Virus record (IMG/VR): IMGVR_UViG_2756170314_000001
Span: 1 to 64,000 of that record
DNA: 64,000 nt
Source: a virus
Lineage: Duplodnaviria; Caudoviricetes
Reading direction: 5' to 3' (one strand)
This document shows, piece by piece, positions 51,637-61,067 of the stretch (position 1 is its first letter; each line of letters starts with the position of its first letter). The notes under the pieces were generated by a model. The model was not told where the DNA came from and made no database searches. It saw only the letters and a list, made by a program, of their open reading frames with translations. Made by a program: the position numbers and the translations under genes.

Positions 51637-52154
51637 TGGGGAGCCACCTCTTTTTCAACTGATTTTTTTAATTCATCAGTTTTCTTTTTTAAAGCAGCTA
51701 CTAAATCATCTACGGTAGAGAATATTCCACCATTTGTTTTCTTGATCAAGCCAATAACATAAAGATTACGATATTGGAATTGGTTTTCGGTAATATCATC
51801 AACTAATGTTAGAACCTTTTTAGCATTGTCATTTCCTAACTGCCGAACATCAGTATACAAACCAAGGATAGGTCGTCCAGTTGTTGAGAAAACTCCAATC
51901 TCTGCAGCAACACCAGAATCAATTTCTACCCCATCTAAAACGGCAACTAAAATATCACTTGATAGGAGGTGTTCTGTATCAGCATCGGCGATTTGTGTAC
52001 TTGTTGCACTTGCTTTTTTATCATTAACAACAACATTCTCTTGTGGGAGATATACCTCAAGTTCAGGGATTTCTTCTCTGATTTTTGCTGCTAATGTATC
52101 GTTAAAATTTCGGTCTGCGATTCCAAATAAACCGTTAGCTAAGTATAGTTTCAT
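51633..52154 (-). CDS. Second nucleoside 2-deoxyribosyltransferase-family protein
   Basis: LYLANGLF, YLPQE, DSGVAAEIG, NLYVIG. Confidence 0.85.
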   Translation of the reverse strand: MKLYLANGLFGIADRNFNDTLAAKIREEIPELEVYLPQENVVVNDKKASATSTQIADADTEHLLSSDILVAVLDGVEIDSGVAAEIGVFSTTGRPILGLYTDVRQLGNDNAKKVLTLVDDITENQFQYRNLYVIGLIKKTNGGIFSTVDDLVAALKKKTDELKKSVEKEVAPQ

Positions 52155-52228
52155 TTTTATCAACCTCGTCTCATATTTGTTCAAAGAGAAGCCAACGAGA
52201 ATTTCTTCTCATTGGCCTGATTAAAATA

Positions 52229-53194
52229 TTAAAAATCTGGCATATCATCTGTATTTGGAGCATCACTAAATGGGTTATCATCTTGTGGTGGTTCCATTCC
52301 AGTTGGCAGAGATCCAGGAGGAAGATCATTTCCGTTCGAACCAAAACCACTTGGTGGTGTATCTTCAGCTGGTTGAGAAAGCTCCTGAAGCTTAAGTTTG
52401 CGGATTTGAAGAGCTGTTTCAATTTCTTCTTCTGTATAGGCTTTATCACCAAAGTAAGGAATTTCTCCACCAATTACTTCAATATTATTTACATAGTTTG
52501 TTACCTGACGAGCTTCAGCTTTCTCAGTAGATCCAAAGCCATGTGAAACTTGGTTTGATTCTTTAACTTCGTCAACAACAGCATAGTTATTAATCTTGAA
52601 ATTTAATTGGCCAGTAGAACCTACAGGGTATAAATCCATAAATGCTTCAGCAAGTTCGGCACCAACAATTGTATTTTTAAGTTCAATAACTTCATTCCCC
52701 CAACCAACAGTGAAGCCTTTAACTTTATATTCTCCAGTTGGAAGGTCATTTTTAATAACAGGTTCAAATCCTTGAACAACCGTATCAATAGTTGCGATTG
52801 CTTTATCTGGTCGATCATTTGTTTCATCTAAACGGTTAAAGAAGATTCCTTTAACTTGATTAAACTGAACAAGGTTTCCCTGAGCATTGTAGTATTCATT
52901 TAATGTAAGTTCTCCATTAACTTCAATTCGATCGGCTGCATCTGCCCCATCATCTTCAATAGTTTTGTATTCATTTTTTACAGTTTCAATGCCTTTAAAG
53001 AGTTTTGATGATTCCATCATAAACACTGAAATTTTGATTTCCTGAACATGGTTATCAAATTTTGAAAGAACAACCAGGTTACCAGACATATACTTATTGC
53101 CTTTTTTACTTGTTTTGACCTCTAAATCTTTCGATTTAAGGGTGCCGATTACTTGAACATTATTTTGAAGTTGTCTTAATTCTTTATTTTCCAT
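52229..53194 (-). CDS. Phage single-stranded DNA-binding protein
   Basis: NNVQVIGTL OB-type start; acidic C-terminus DDMPDF. Confidence 0.7.
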   Translation of the reverse strand: MENKELRQLQNNVQVIGTLKSKDLEVKTSKKGNKYMSGNLVVLSKFDNHVQEIKISVFMMESSKLFKGIETVKNEYKTIEDDGADAADRIEVNGELTLNEYYNAQGNLVQFNQVKGIFFNRLDETNDRPDKAIATIDTVVQGFEPVIKNDLPTGEYKVKGFTVGWGNEVIELKNTIVGAELAEAFMDLYPVGSTGQLNFKINNYAVVDEVKESNQVSHGFGSTEKAEARQVTNYVNNIEVIGGEIPYFGDKAYTEEEIETALQIRKLKLQELSQPAEDTPPSGFGSNGNDLPPGSLPTGMEPPQDDNPFSDAPNTDDMPDF

Positions 53195-53253
53195 GTGATT
53201 TTCCTCCGATTTGATAGTAGTTGAGTTATTTATTTTTATAAGACTCCCATGAG

Positions 53254-53463
53254 TTACGAGAAAATTTCCTTCAATAGATCTTCAATTTCTGATGCTTCAG
53301 ATTCCTCTGTAACTTCTTCCTGAACTTCATCAAGAATTGATTTAAGTTGGTCCATAAGAATAAGAAATTCTAAATCACCGATAGCTTGCATAGCTTCATC
53401 TTGATCCATACCAGCTTGGCGAAATTGAAGATAAGCGTAGAGTTTTTCGATTTCATTTAACAT
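53254..53463 (-). CDS. Small acidic hypothetical protein
   Basis: SigN promoter and AATCGGAGG RBS. Confidence 0.6.
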   Translation of the reverse strand: MLNEIEKLYAYLQFRQAGMDQDEAMQAIGDLEFLILMDQLKSILDEVQEEVTEESEASEIEDLLKEIFS

Positions 53464-53741
53464 AAGAATTTCCTCCGATTTATGAGTGATTTTTATTACA
53501 TATCTTTTATATCTTGGGTTTTAGAAACGTAAATCAAAAAATAAATAATTTATTACTTATTTTTTTCAATAATCATCAAAGTTCCATTAGCTTATATGTT
53601 CAATAGAGATGTAATTAAACCAACTTATGTTTCTTTATGTGGAATCATTGTATTTATATCGTGAGAGTTGAAAATGTAAATCTAAATCGGATCAAATAAA
53701 AAAAGTGTAGGCGTTAAGCCCACACTTTTTGCTGTTTATCT

Positions 53742-53996
53742 TTATCTCTCGACTTTCACATAACACATACCATTTTGAACTTTGTCACATTTAACGATTT
53801 TTGGTACTTTACCTTTGAAGTAAAGAGTAACTTCTTTTTTATTGGCATCGAATACAAAGTCATAAGCGTCTTGATATTCAGGTACATCTCTAATCCATAC
53901 ATACTCTGTAATAGCGCTTGCAGGCAAAGCAGAAATAAATAAACCAGTGGTAATGATACCCATTCCAACAACTTTTTTCAGTTTTGATTTGAACAT
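53742..53996 (-). CDS. Small secreted protein
   Basis: Signal peptide ending ASA; GGGAG RBS. Confidence 0.6.
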   Translation of the reverse strand: MFKSKLKKVVGMGIITTGLFISALPASAITEYVWIRDVPEYQDAYDFVFDANKKEVTLYFKGKVPKIVKCDKVQNGMCYVKVER

Positions 53997-54228
53997 TTTC
54001 AACACTCCCCACCTTTTTATTTTCCTGATTACAAAACAGGACAAGGAAATTTTACCATGTATTTGGTGGGGAAAAATGTCGATTTCTGTAAAAAAGAACA
54101 AACTTTTTGTGAATTTTAAGACCATTTAATCAGCATAAAATCTGAATTTTATATCTGAATTTAGCTTTAATCCTCTGATTTTCCGTCTAAATATCCAATA
54201 CCATAGGATAAAAAGAAGCAAATAAACG

Positions 54229-54558
54229 TTATAATAAATGAAAGCATTGATCTTCTCCTTCGTTTACCAAGACTTCAGCATGAAATCCTAATTTTTCATC
54301 GTATTTCAACTCTACAACCGTCAAATCTGGATTGAAGTTGTGGTATTCCTCTAAGAACTGAATAATGCCTTCCGAGATCTGAGTTGTTCCAAGAAATTGT
54401 CTTCTTAAAGGTCCATAACGAACCTCAGCAATAAACCCTTTGTGATTGTTATATGTTAGTTCTTTTATTTCAACATCTTCTGGAGAAATGGCTGCGTCAT
54501 TTGAAATAAAAACACAAATTCCATCTACAATTTCTTGCTCATTTAATATTAATCTCAT
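54229..54558 (-). CDS. YxcD/DUF2653-like protein
   Basis: LNEQEIVDGIC...PEDVE..L.Y....GF.AEV pattern, repeated. Confidence 0.65.
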   Translation of the reverse strand: MRLILNEQEIVDGICVFISNDAAISPEDVEIKELTYNNHKGFIAEVRYGPLRRQFLGTTQISEGIIQFLEEYHNFNPDLTVVELKYDEKLGFHAEVLVNEGEDQCFHLL

Positions 54559-54560
54559 AA

Positions 54561-55319
54561 TCAAAATCTCCTTTTGTAAGTCTTAGATGATTTGTAAGCA
54601 CGGATGATAGCAATGACAATGATTAAAATAATGATCAAAGCGATGACATCAACGATCCAGGCAATAGGTGAAGCTCCATAGGAAACATAACCTGGTCCTC
54701 CGACTGGATGATAGGTGTAACCCCAGGGGTGCATCATGCTTGTCATGAACATTCCCATCGTAAAACCGTTATAATATCCAAACCAACCTGAAGGAGAAAA
54801 TCCTGCATTGTAGTAATGATTAACAGAAACGGTTCTGCCACCAACATAAGCTTTTGTGGTTCTTCCACTATAGGTTTTTCCTTTTACCTTTGATGTAGCG
54901 CCTGAGAACGACCCTGATGATTTTTTAGCAGAACTCTTCTTAGATAGTGTTGATTTTGTTTTATTTGAAGATTTTTTTGTTAAAGAAATTGATTTTGATT
55001 TATCCGACTTTGTAGATTTTTTAGATGATCCACCAAAGAATGATTTAAAGCTAGAACTAAAGCTAGATTTCCTCGAACTCGAGCTTGATCCTGAGCTCGA
55101 GCTAGAACTTGGTTTAGAATAACTGGATTTGTAACTTCCACTATATGATGATCCAGAACTCCGACTACCACTACTGAAGCTGGATTTAGATGAAGAAAAT
55201 GATGAAGAAACCCTGGCACTTCCACCACTAAAGCCAGCTGCTTCTGATATTGTAGGTGGCAACAGTAAACCGAAAGTAACGACTACTGCCAATAAGGATT
55301 TAACATATTTAAGTTTCAT
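54561..55319 (-). CDS. Ser/Lys-rich exported membrane-anchored protein
   Basis: Signal peptide, low-complexity S/K region, C-terminal TM helix. Confidence 0.65.
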   Translation of the reverse strand: MKLKYVKSLLAVVVTFGLLLPPTISEAAGFSGGSARVSSSFSSSKSSFSSGSRSSGSSYSGSYKSSYSKPSSSSSSGSSSSSRKSSFSSSFKSFFGGSSKKSTKSDKSKSISLTKKSSNKTKSTLSKKSSAKKSSGSFSGATSKVKGKTYSGRTTKAYVGGRTVSVNHYYNAGFSPSGWFGYYNGFTMGMFMTSMMHPWGYTYHPVGGPGYVSYGASPIAWIVDVIALIIILIIVIAIIRAYKSSKTYKRRF

Positions 55320-55358
55320 TTGTATTCCTCCAAGTAATGAGGCCGCCTAAGCGACCTA

Positions 55359-55937
55359 TTATGCTGATTTTGAATCGTCAACGATAAACGTAAAATTCTT
55401 AACAACCGGTGATCTTAACATCGCTGCATCATCAGCCATCGCTTCACTCATGCTTTTCACAACTTTAATTCTTTCATTTTCGAATTCCGGATAAGATGTG
55501 AGAATAATATCTCCAATCTCTGGTTCCACAGGATTTTCAACTGTTAAGTACTTTGTAGGAACTTTTTTAGATAAAGCCCGGTATAAAGCGATCGCTTTAC
55601 CAATATGCTCATTAAAGGTATCTCTCGGATCACATTTAGCAATACCTTTTGCGTAAATTCTTCCAGACCTATAACCTTTTAATAGAACTGTTACGACACG
55701 TTTTTTTCTATTGATGTGGTATTCAGGAACAGTAGCATAAGATCCAACTTCATATCCATCGCACATAGTGGAATCTTTTAAGTTTTCAAGGTCTGACTTA
55801 GCATCTTCAATAACTTTCTTTCTAGCAGTAATAACTCTAGGTGACTTATTAGCTCTCTTAGTGAGTTCTTCTGCTGCTTTGGAAATAAATTCGTTTAATT
55901 CAGTAGTAGTCAAGTTTTTGAAATTTACCTTCTGCAT
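55359..55937 (-). CDS. Conserved phage hypothetical protein
   Basis: ATG 55937 after AATCGGAGG; GIAKCDPRDTFNEHIGKAIALYRA motif. Confidence 0.65.
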   Translation of the reverse strand: MQKVNFKNLTTTELNEFISKAAEELTKRANKSPRVITARKKVIEDAKSDLENLKDSTMCDGYEVGSYATVPEYHINRKKRVVTVLLKGYRSGRIYAKGIAKCDPRDTFNEHIGKAIALYRALSKKVPTKYLTVENPVEPEIGDIILTSYPEFENERIKVVKSMSEAMADDAAMLRSPVVKNFTFIVDDSKSA

Positions 55938-55941
55938 AATA

Positions 55942-56466
55942 TTAGTGTTCCTCCGATTTTTTGATTTGATTTTCAATTTCTGCTTTGATCTTTGGTTCAG
56001 GTTGTTGCCAACCTTCCGGTTTAAGTATCTTTCCACTATTGCCTAAGTCATATCTCGGTTTACCATCCGGAAATAACTTGGCCATGTTTGCGTCTTGAAC
56101 AATATCAAAGAGTGGTTGTGGTTTAACTCCAGCAACGACAAATGATCCTTGAACAAAATAATTAACATCAGTTAATGCATCCATTTGGTCAACAAGAATA
56201 TCCTCAACCGGACCTTTCTTAATCACTTTAGATTCTGCAGCAGTAATTCCCCGGATTAACTCTGTTACCAACCCATAAAATTTTGTTTTGTTTCCACCTG
56301 CTGTTGCATATAAGAATTCAACTAACTCTTCAGCCGTCCAGATGGTTCTGGCCAAAGCAACATCTTCAGGAATAGATGTTGGTTTTTCTGAGATTGGGTG
56401 ATGGAATGCTCGGTGAAACTCTTCAACTTGAGATTTGGCATAGTCTAAACCTTTTTCTTCTTTCAT
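55942..56466 (-). CDS. MazG-like/PRA-PH-type nucleotide pyrophosphohydrolase
   Basis: VEEFHRAF, EELVE, DALTD, VQDANMAK, GKILKPEGW..PE. Confidence 0.8.
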   Translation of the reverse strand: MKEEKGLDYAKSQVEEFHRAFHHPISEKPTSIPEDVALARTIWTAEELVEFLYATAGGNKTKFYGLVTELIRGITAAESKVIKKGPVEDILVDQMDALTDVNYFVQGSFVVAGVKPQPLFDIVQDANMAKLFPDGKPRYDLGNSGKILKPEGWQQPEPKIKAEIENQIKKSEEH

Positions 56467-56477
56467 GATCATTCTCC

Positions 56478-56708
56478 TCAATGTACTAAATGTTCTTTCT
56501 TTAATGTAAAGGGGTTTTGATCTATTTCATTGCTGACTATTTCAGCCAGATCAACAATCGTTAAACCAAGGTCTTTAAGGTCTTCTTCACTTAATTCATT
56601 TACTGATTCATATAAGAGCCAGGTCTTATCATTTTTAGTTCGAGTCGATAGATTCTCACGAAAACTCTTAACCTTCCTGGTTAAAGCTTCGTAACCTGGT
56701 GTGCTCAC
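56478..56708 (-). CDS. Hypothetical protein
   Basis: GAGGTG RBS; follows a SigN promoter. Confidence 0.55.
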   Translation of the reverse strand: MSTPGYEALTRKVKSFRENLSTRTKNDKTWLLYESVNELSEEDLKDLGLTIVDLAEIVSNEIDQNPFTLKKEHLVH

Positions 56709-56737
56709 TTATTATCACCTCACGGTAATTTTTGTTA

Positions 56738-57436
56738 TTATATCTGTGCCTTTGAAAACGTAAATTGATTTTCAGCTTTTTTGGCCATTTCTTTTAATAT
56801 TTTTGTTTCAAAGGACTGTATCGACGTTTTATCAAGACCTCTGTTTGTAAATAGAACTTTTATGTCTCCTTCGATCCAATATAATTCTCCATTGACCATA
56901 TCATCATTAAAGAAATGGACCTCTAGGTATTCAGCTGGTCTACCGTAACACTTAATTTGTTCTTGCTTTTCTTTCTGATCTTTAGAATCCATATGTCTGT
57001 GATTTTTAATTTGAAGTGGAATAGAAATGTTGGAGTCTTTTAAATGAAGAACCGTTCCATCAATTTTCGAATTACGATCTTCTTTTGATGAGGGAATTTC
57101 AAACCAAAACATTAGGCAGCTGTTGACGAGGTTTCTAACGACAATCTCTTGAAAAATCGGCCGTCCTATTCTTTGAAAGAAATACTTGATGTAATTCCTT
57201 TCTACTTCGCCCCTATCTCCATAGTGTTTTGTTGCGTTATTGAGAAATCGGGTAATCTCTCCTGGATAGTAATGCTTCCAAATAAAATTTAGGATTTCAA
57301 TTGGTTTAATAAATGGATCTCTTTCGATGAGTTTAAATGTAACGTACTTGGCCAAATAAAAATCAATGTGCCCTTTGCCATCTTTGCCTTTTATAACAGC
57401 ATTATGACATTCTGCTTCAAGTCCATACTTAAACAT
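56738..57436 (-). CDS. Hypothetical protein with possible PD-(D/E)xK nuclease motif
   Basis: D...KIDG...PLQIK pattern. Confidence 0.5.
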   Translation of the reverse strand: MFKYGLEAECHNAVIKGKDGKGHIDFYLAKYVTFKLIERDPFIKPIEILNFIWKHYYPGEITRFLNNATKHYGDRGEVERNYIKYFFQRIGRPIFQEIVVRNLVNSCLMFWFEIPSSKEDRNSKIDGTVLHLKDSNISIPLQIKNHRHMDSKDQKEKQEQIKCYGRPAEYLEVHFFNDDMVNGELYWIEGDIKVLFTNRGLDKTSIQSFETKILKEMAKKAENQFTFSKAQI

Positions 57437-57492
57437 AGATTCAGTCTCCTGTTCTCAATATTTTCTGATTCAAACGAAAAATACAGAGATCC

Positions 57493-58527
57493 TTAGACCT
57501 CTGTTTCTTCTGAATCGTATTTATCTCCAACTGCAGCGACCTTCTTAACAATACGATCGATTGTTCGAGATATTTTCATTTGATATGTGTTAAAATTCGC
57601 AGCTATTTCTTCTTGAGTTAATCCATTTTGGGTTTGTCTTAAGACTTCTTTTTCGAAGTCAGTGAGTTCAGCTTTTTCGATTGTCGATTTTAAATCTAAT
57701 AAGATGAAGCTGAAATCATCATTTGGATCAAAATCTGGTTTTAAGAATAATAACCCTTTAGCTGAGATGGTTTTTCCTGATTCTGTTTCGACTACATCAC
57801 CTTTTAAGTGAAGAGGATTTGTGAAGTCAAATACATCAATATCGTATTCTGTACTCTGGGAGAAGTATTTAAGGTTATAACCGAACACGCCTAACAATGT
57901 ATCTTTAGAATAAATCATATCGTGCTGCAGCTGACCTTTAATGCGAGATAAAATGAACCGGTTCCCTTCTTTATTCTTCAGTTTTTGTGTTACGAAATCA
58001 TAGAATGGCTTATAACTTCTTAAAATTTCCCCCAACCAATCATCTCTTTCGAGATCTGAAGCTGTAATCGATTGAGGTCTAAGCAGAATTTTGTTTCTTT
58101 CTTCTTTTTTCAAGAAGTGAATAACATTCTCGGAAAAATCATTGCTATCTGAGTTCGTCAATGATTCTATAGATTGTTCTTTCTCAACTTTCTTTTGAAA
58201 GTACCGTTCATCTGAATAAAAAATGTACTCCGTTTTCTCTTGTTCTTCTTCTTTCTTAATTTCATCACTGGTTAATAAATATGTGGCCATACGATCTAGT
58301 GATTTGCAAACATTGTTTTGATGGGATAAAAAGTCTTTGGTTGTAATCCCTGTTTTAAAATAACCATCAAAATACTCGGAATAGAAATTAGTCTCATTTA
58401 GGATCTCTTCCACAACTTTTTTCCGTTCCTCTAATGTTGTTTTTTCAAAATCAATTTTTTTGTTAATTTCATGAACTGTCGTTCCATCTAATCTCCCTTT
58501 AAAGTTTCTCTGTGATGTAAAACTCAT
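57493..58527 (-). CDS. Protein with C-terminal sigma-region-4-like HTH (possible transcription regulator)
   Basis: LTDFEKEVL...GLTQEEIAANF...Q..ISR. Confidence 0.65.
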   Translation of the reverse strand: MSFTSQRNFKGRLDGTTVHEINKKIDFEKTTLEERKKVVEEILNETNFYSEYFDGYFKTGITTKDFLSHQNNVCKSLDRMATYLLTSDEIKKEEEQEKTEYIFYSDERYFQKKVEKEQSIESLTNSDSNDFSENVIHFLKKEERNKILLRPQSITASDLERDDWLGEILRSYKPFYDFVTQKLKNKEGNRFILSRIKGQLQHDMIYSKDTLLGVFGYNLKYFSQSTEYDIDVFDFTNPLHLKGDVVETESGKTISAKGLLFLKPDFDPNDDFSFILLDLKSTIEKAELTDFEKEVLRQTQNGLTQEEIAANFNTYQMKISRTIDRIVKKVAAVGDKYDSEETEV

Positions 58528-58656
58528 TTATTTGTTCCTCCATAAATTTGTCCTATTTATTTTGAATTAATTTAATGTTTGAAATTATATAACGATTATA
58601 TCCGTAATTTTCCATATGTAAATTAATGGAAGGTGGATTTTATAAGTCTATGAATC

Positions 58657-58677
58657 TTACACAATGACATTATGTAA
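58657..58677. other. Inverted repeat upstream of the second recombinase (candidate recombination/operator site)
   Basis: TTACACAAT-GAC-ATTATGTAA; related half-site TTACATAA at ~58740. Confidence 0.45.
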
Positions 58678-58785
58678 AGTGTTAAATCCCTTCATATCAA
58701 TGTTTATAAGAGATGCCGACTTTTCATTGTTTTTGAATATTACATAACATATAATTATCTTATAATATGTCATATTGGTTAGAAG

Positions 58786-59358
58786 GTGATCATTTTGAAT
58801 ATGGTGAGTCCCATTAGAGACAAAAAACAACTGGAATTACTAAAAATGTATTTGAGAGAAAAGAGCAAAAGAGATTACTTAATGTTCATGGTTGGAATAA
58901 GTTCTGCCCTCAGAATTAGTGATATTCTTAAATTAAAGGTTGGAGATATTTGGGATGGAAGAAAGCCGAAAGAATTCATTTATCTTCATGAAGAAAAGAC
59001 AGGAAAATATAAAAGATTTCCGATCACTGAGAACCTCCAAAAAGCAATTAGAGAATATATGAAAGAATATCAGCTTGACCAGGAATCCTATTTGTTTTTC
59101 AGCAGAAAAGGTAATAAACCCATCTCTCGACAACAAGCTGCACATATATTATCTTCAGCTGCAGATTACATTGGAATTAAAGAGCCAGTATCAACTCATA
59201 GCATGAGAAAGACATGGGGATATTGGGCATATAAAAAAGGATACTCTTTGGCATTAATAATGGAGGCTTTGAATCATTCAAGTATTGCCATTACAAAGAA
59301 ATATTTGGGGATTACTCAAGAAGATCTTGATGATGTCTATATGAGTATGAATTTGTGA
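58786..59358 (+). CDS. Short tyrosine recombinase (catalytic domain only)
   Basis: ALRISD, EEKTGK, HSMRKT, LNHSS...TKKYLG. Confidence 0.9.
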   Translation: MIILNMVSPIRDKKQLELLKMYLREKSKRDYLMFMVGISSALRISDILKLKVGDIWDGRKPKEFIYLHEEKTGKYKRFPITENLQKAIREYMKEYQLDQESYLFFSRKGNKPISRQQAAHILSSAADYIGIKEPVSTHSMRKTWGYWAYKKGYSLALIMEALNHSSIAITKKYLGITQEDLDDVYMSMNL

Positions 59359-59395
59359 TATATAATAGAAGAAACTCGGAATTATGAGGTGAATT

Positions 59396-59734
59396 ATGGA
59401 GATTAAGAGAATAACAAGAAAAGAATTCGAAAGCTTTCCTAAATTTAAAAATGTTGAAGAAGCAATAAAGTTTTTCAAAGAAAAGTATGGGGATCATTTT
59501 ATGGAGCAAGGATTGGGCCCATTTGAAGAATTTGAACTTGGAAAGTACTATCACCATTTGTTAGTCCTTGATAAGGAAGGTCTTAAAAGGATGAGTGAAT
59601 GGATGATAAAAAATAATCGGTTAACATTCCCTGAGGATTCATATTCTGAAACAAAAGGGATGAATGAAAGTGTTCAAGCAATATTTATTTTTGAAAACGG
59701 AAGGGTTCAAGTATCTAATTTAGCTGAGGAATAA
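59396..59734 (+). CDS. Hypothetical protein
   Basis: GAGGTG RBS; 112 aa. Confidence 0.6.
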   Translation: MEIKRITRKEFESFPKFKNVEEAIKFFKEKYGDHFMEQGLGPFEEFELGKYYHHLLVLDKEGLKRMSEWMIKNNRLTFPEDSYSETKGMNESVQAIFIFENGRVQVSNLAEE

Positions 59735-60021
59735 AAAATCAAAAAGCAGACATAAACTGTCTGCTTTTAATCACTCCAAATGTTTATCTAGGAGTTCTGA
59801 AAACTTTATAATCATAGCCTATTTGTTTGCTATACTTGCTATCTTTATATACGTACATGTCTACGATTGTATATCTATATTTTTTATCGTAGGCTAAGTA
59901 TTGTGTTGTTGAATAATATCGTGTTGGTTTTTTGTGATAGAATGTTCCAAACACAGCTTGGGCGAATAAACCAGCCCAGGAGTATTTAAGACCAGGTAAC
60001 CCTGTTTTGGAGGTTGAAAAT

Positions 60022-60264
60022 ATGAATTTTGATGACAAAAAGAGCATATTAAAGACCGTGGGAAATGTATTTATGGTTCTTGTTCTTATCTCTTTATTTG
60101 TTTACGCGTTTTCTTCTGAATCAATTGGATGGTATGTTAAGATTACTTCTATTGTGATGTTGACCATATCATATATCTGTTATGCTCTAATTTCTCTACA
60201 AGAGAAGTGGTTTATTGCAACTTTAGTGGTCTCTTGGTTGGTCATTATTTTTTGGGTGTTTTAA
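60022..60264 (+). CDS. Small multi-TM membrane protein
   Basis: GGAGG RBS; three hydrophobic segments. Confidence 0.55.
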   Translation: MNFDDKKSILKTVGNVFMVLVLISLFVYAFSSESIGWYVKITSIVMLTISYICYALISLQEKWFIATLVVSWLVIIFWVF

Positions 60265-60397
60265 ATCAAAGATTATACAATAAAAAAATGATCCGGATTA
60301 ACCGGACCATCAATACTTTCGACTGCCGTTATATTCTCTCCCAACAATGGCTATAGCGAGGTAGAAAGTGAAATGGCAGCCTTTATTATTATTCCCT

Positions 60398-60919
60398 TCA
60401 CTTTAAGATTTTAACTTGAATATCTCTAACACCAAATTCAATGCACTTGTCATTAGCATTTAAATAGACATCTATTTTGTTTCCTTTAATAGCTGATCCA
60501 GTATCTTCGGCCGTATATACACCATTAAGGTGTTCATATCCTTCAGGAAATTTAATTTCAACTTTAGATCCTAACGGAATTACACTTGGATCAACTGCAA
60601 TCGTACGACCTTCTTGAACTTTCGTTCCTGTCGCCGTAACAGTTCCCATTGAATATGCTGTTGAAGTAAAATGTTTATATCCCTCATAAACCCCTGATTT
60701 ATGTTTTTCAACTCCAACTTTCGTGTTTATTTCTTGTCCCGGAAAAATCAAAGAAAGATTTTTGATTTGTGGGTTAGCTTCTGCCAATTCTTGCAGAGAC
60801 ATATTATTTTCCCTCGCAATTTTTGACATTGTGTCCCCAGGTTTCACTTCTTGAGCAAACGTGGGAGAAGCAATTAGCATCGATACTACTAATGTCGATA
60901 CGGCAATTAGTTTTTTCAT
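60398..60919 (-). CDS. Secreted LysM plus 3D-domain cell-wall protein (YocH-like)
   Basis: Signal peptide; VKPGDTMSKIA LysM; TAY...IAVDPSVIPLGS...AEDTGSAIKGNKIDV. Confidence 0.88.
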   Translation of the reverse strand: MKKLIAVSTLVVSMLIASPTFAQEVKPGDTMSKIARENNMSLQELAEANPQIKNLSLIFPGQEINTKVGVEKHKSGVYEGYKHFTSTAYSMGTVTATGTKVQEGRTIAVDPSVIPLGSKVEIKFPEGYEHLNGVYTAEDTGSAIKGNKIDVYLNANDKCIEFGVRDIQVKILK

Positions 60920-61067
60920 AGGTTCTTGCCCTCCTGTTTTTATTTGGTTCATTCTTTTTCTTTCAGAACCTTTTATACTTATATCTATGAATATGAATTC
61001 GTAAATCAAAACAGTATTACATTTGGATTACAAAGAAAAGGCCTGACACATAGCCAAGCCCATAACG

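Noticed and set aside
59784-60047. - strand ORF with a Tyr/Lys-rich end
   Set aside because: It overlaps the start of the + strand membrane gene and has no credible start; it may be a truncated remnant.
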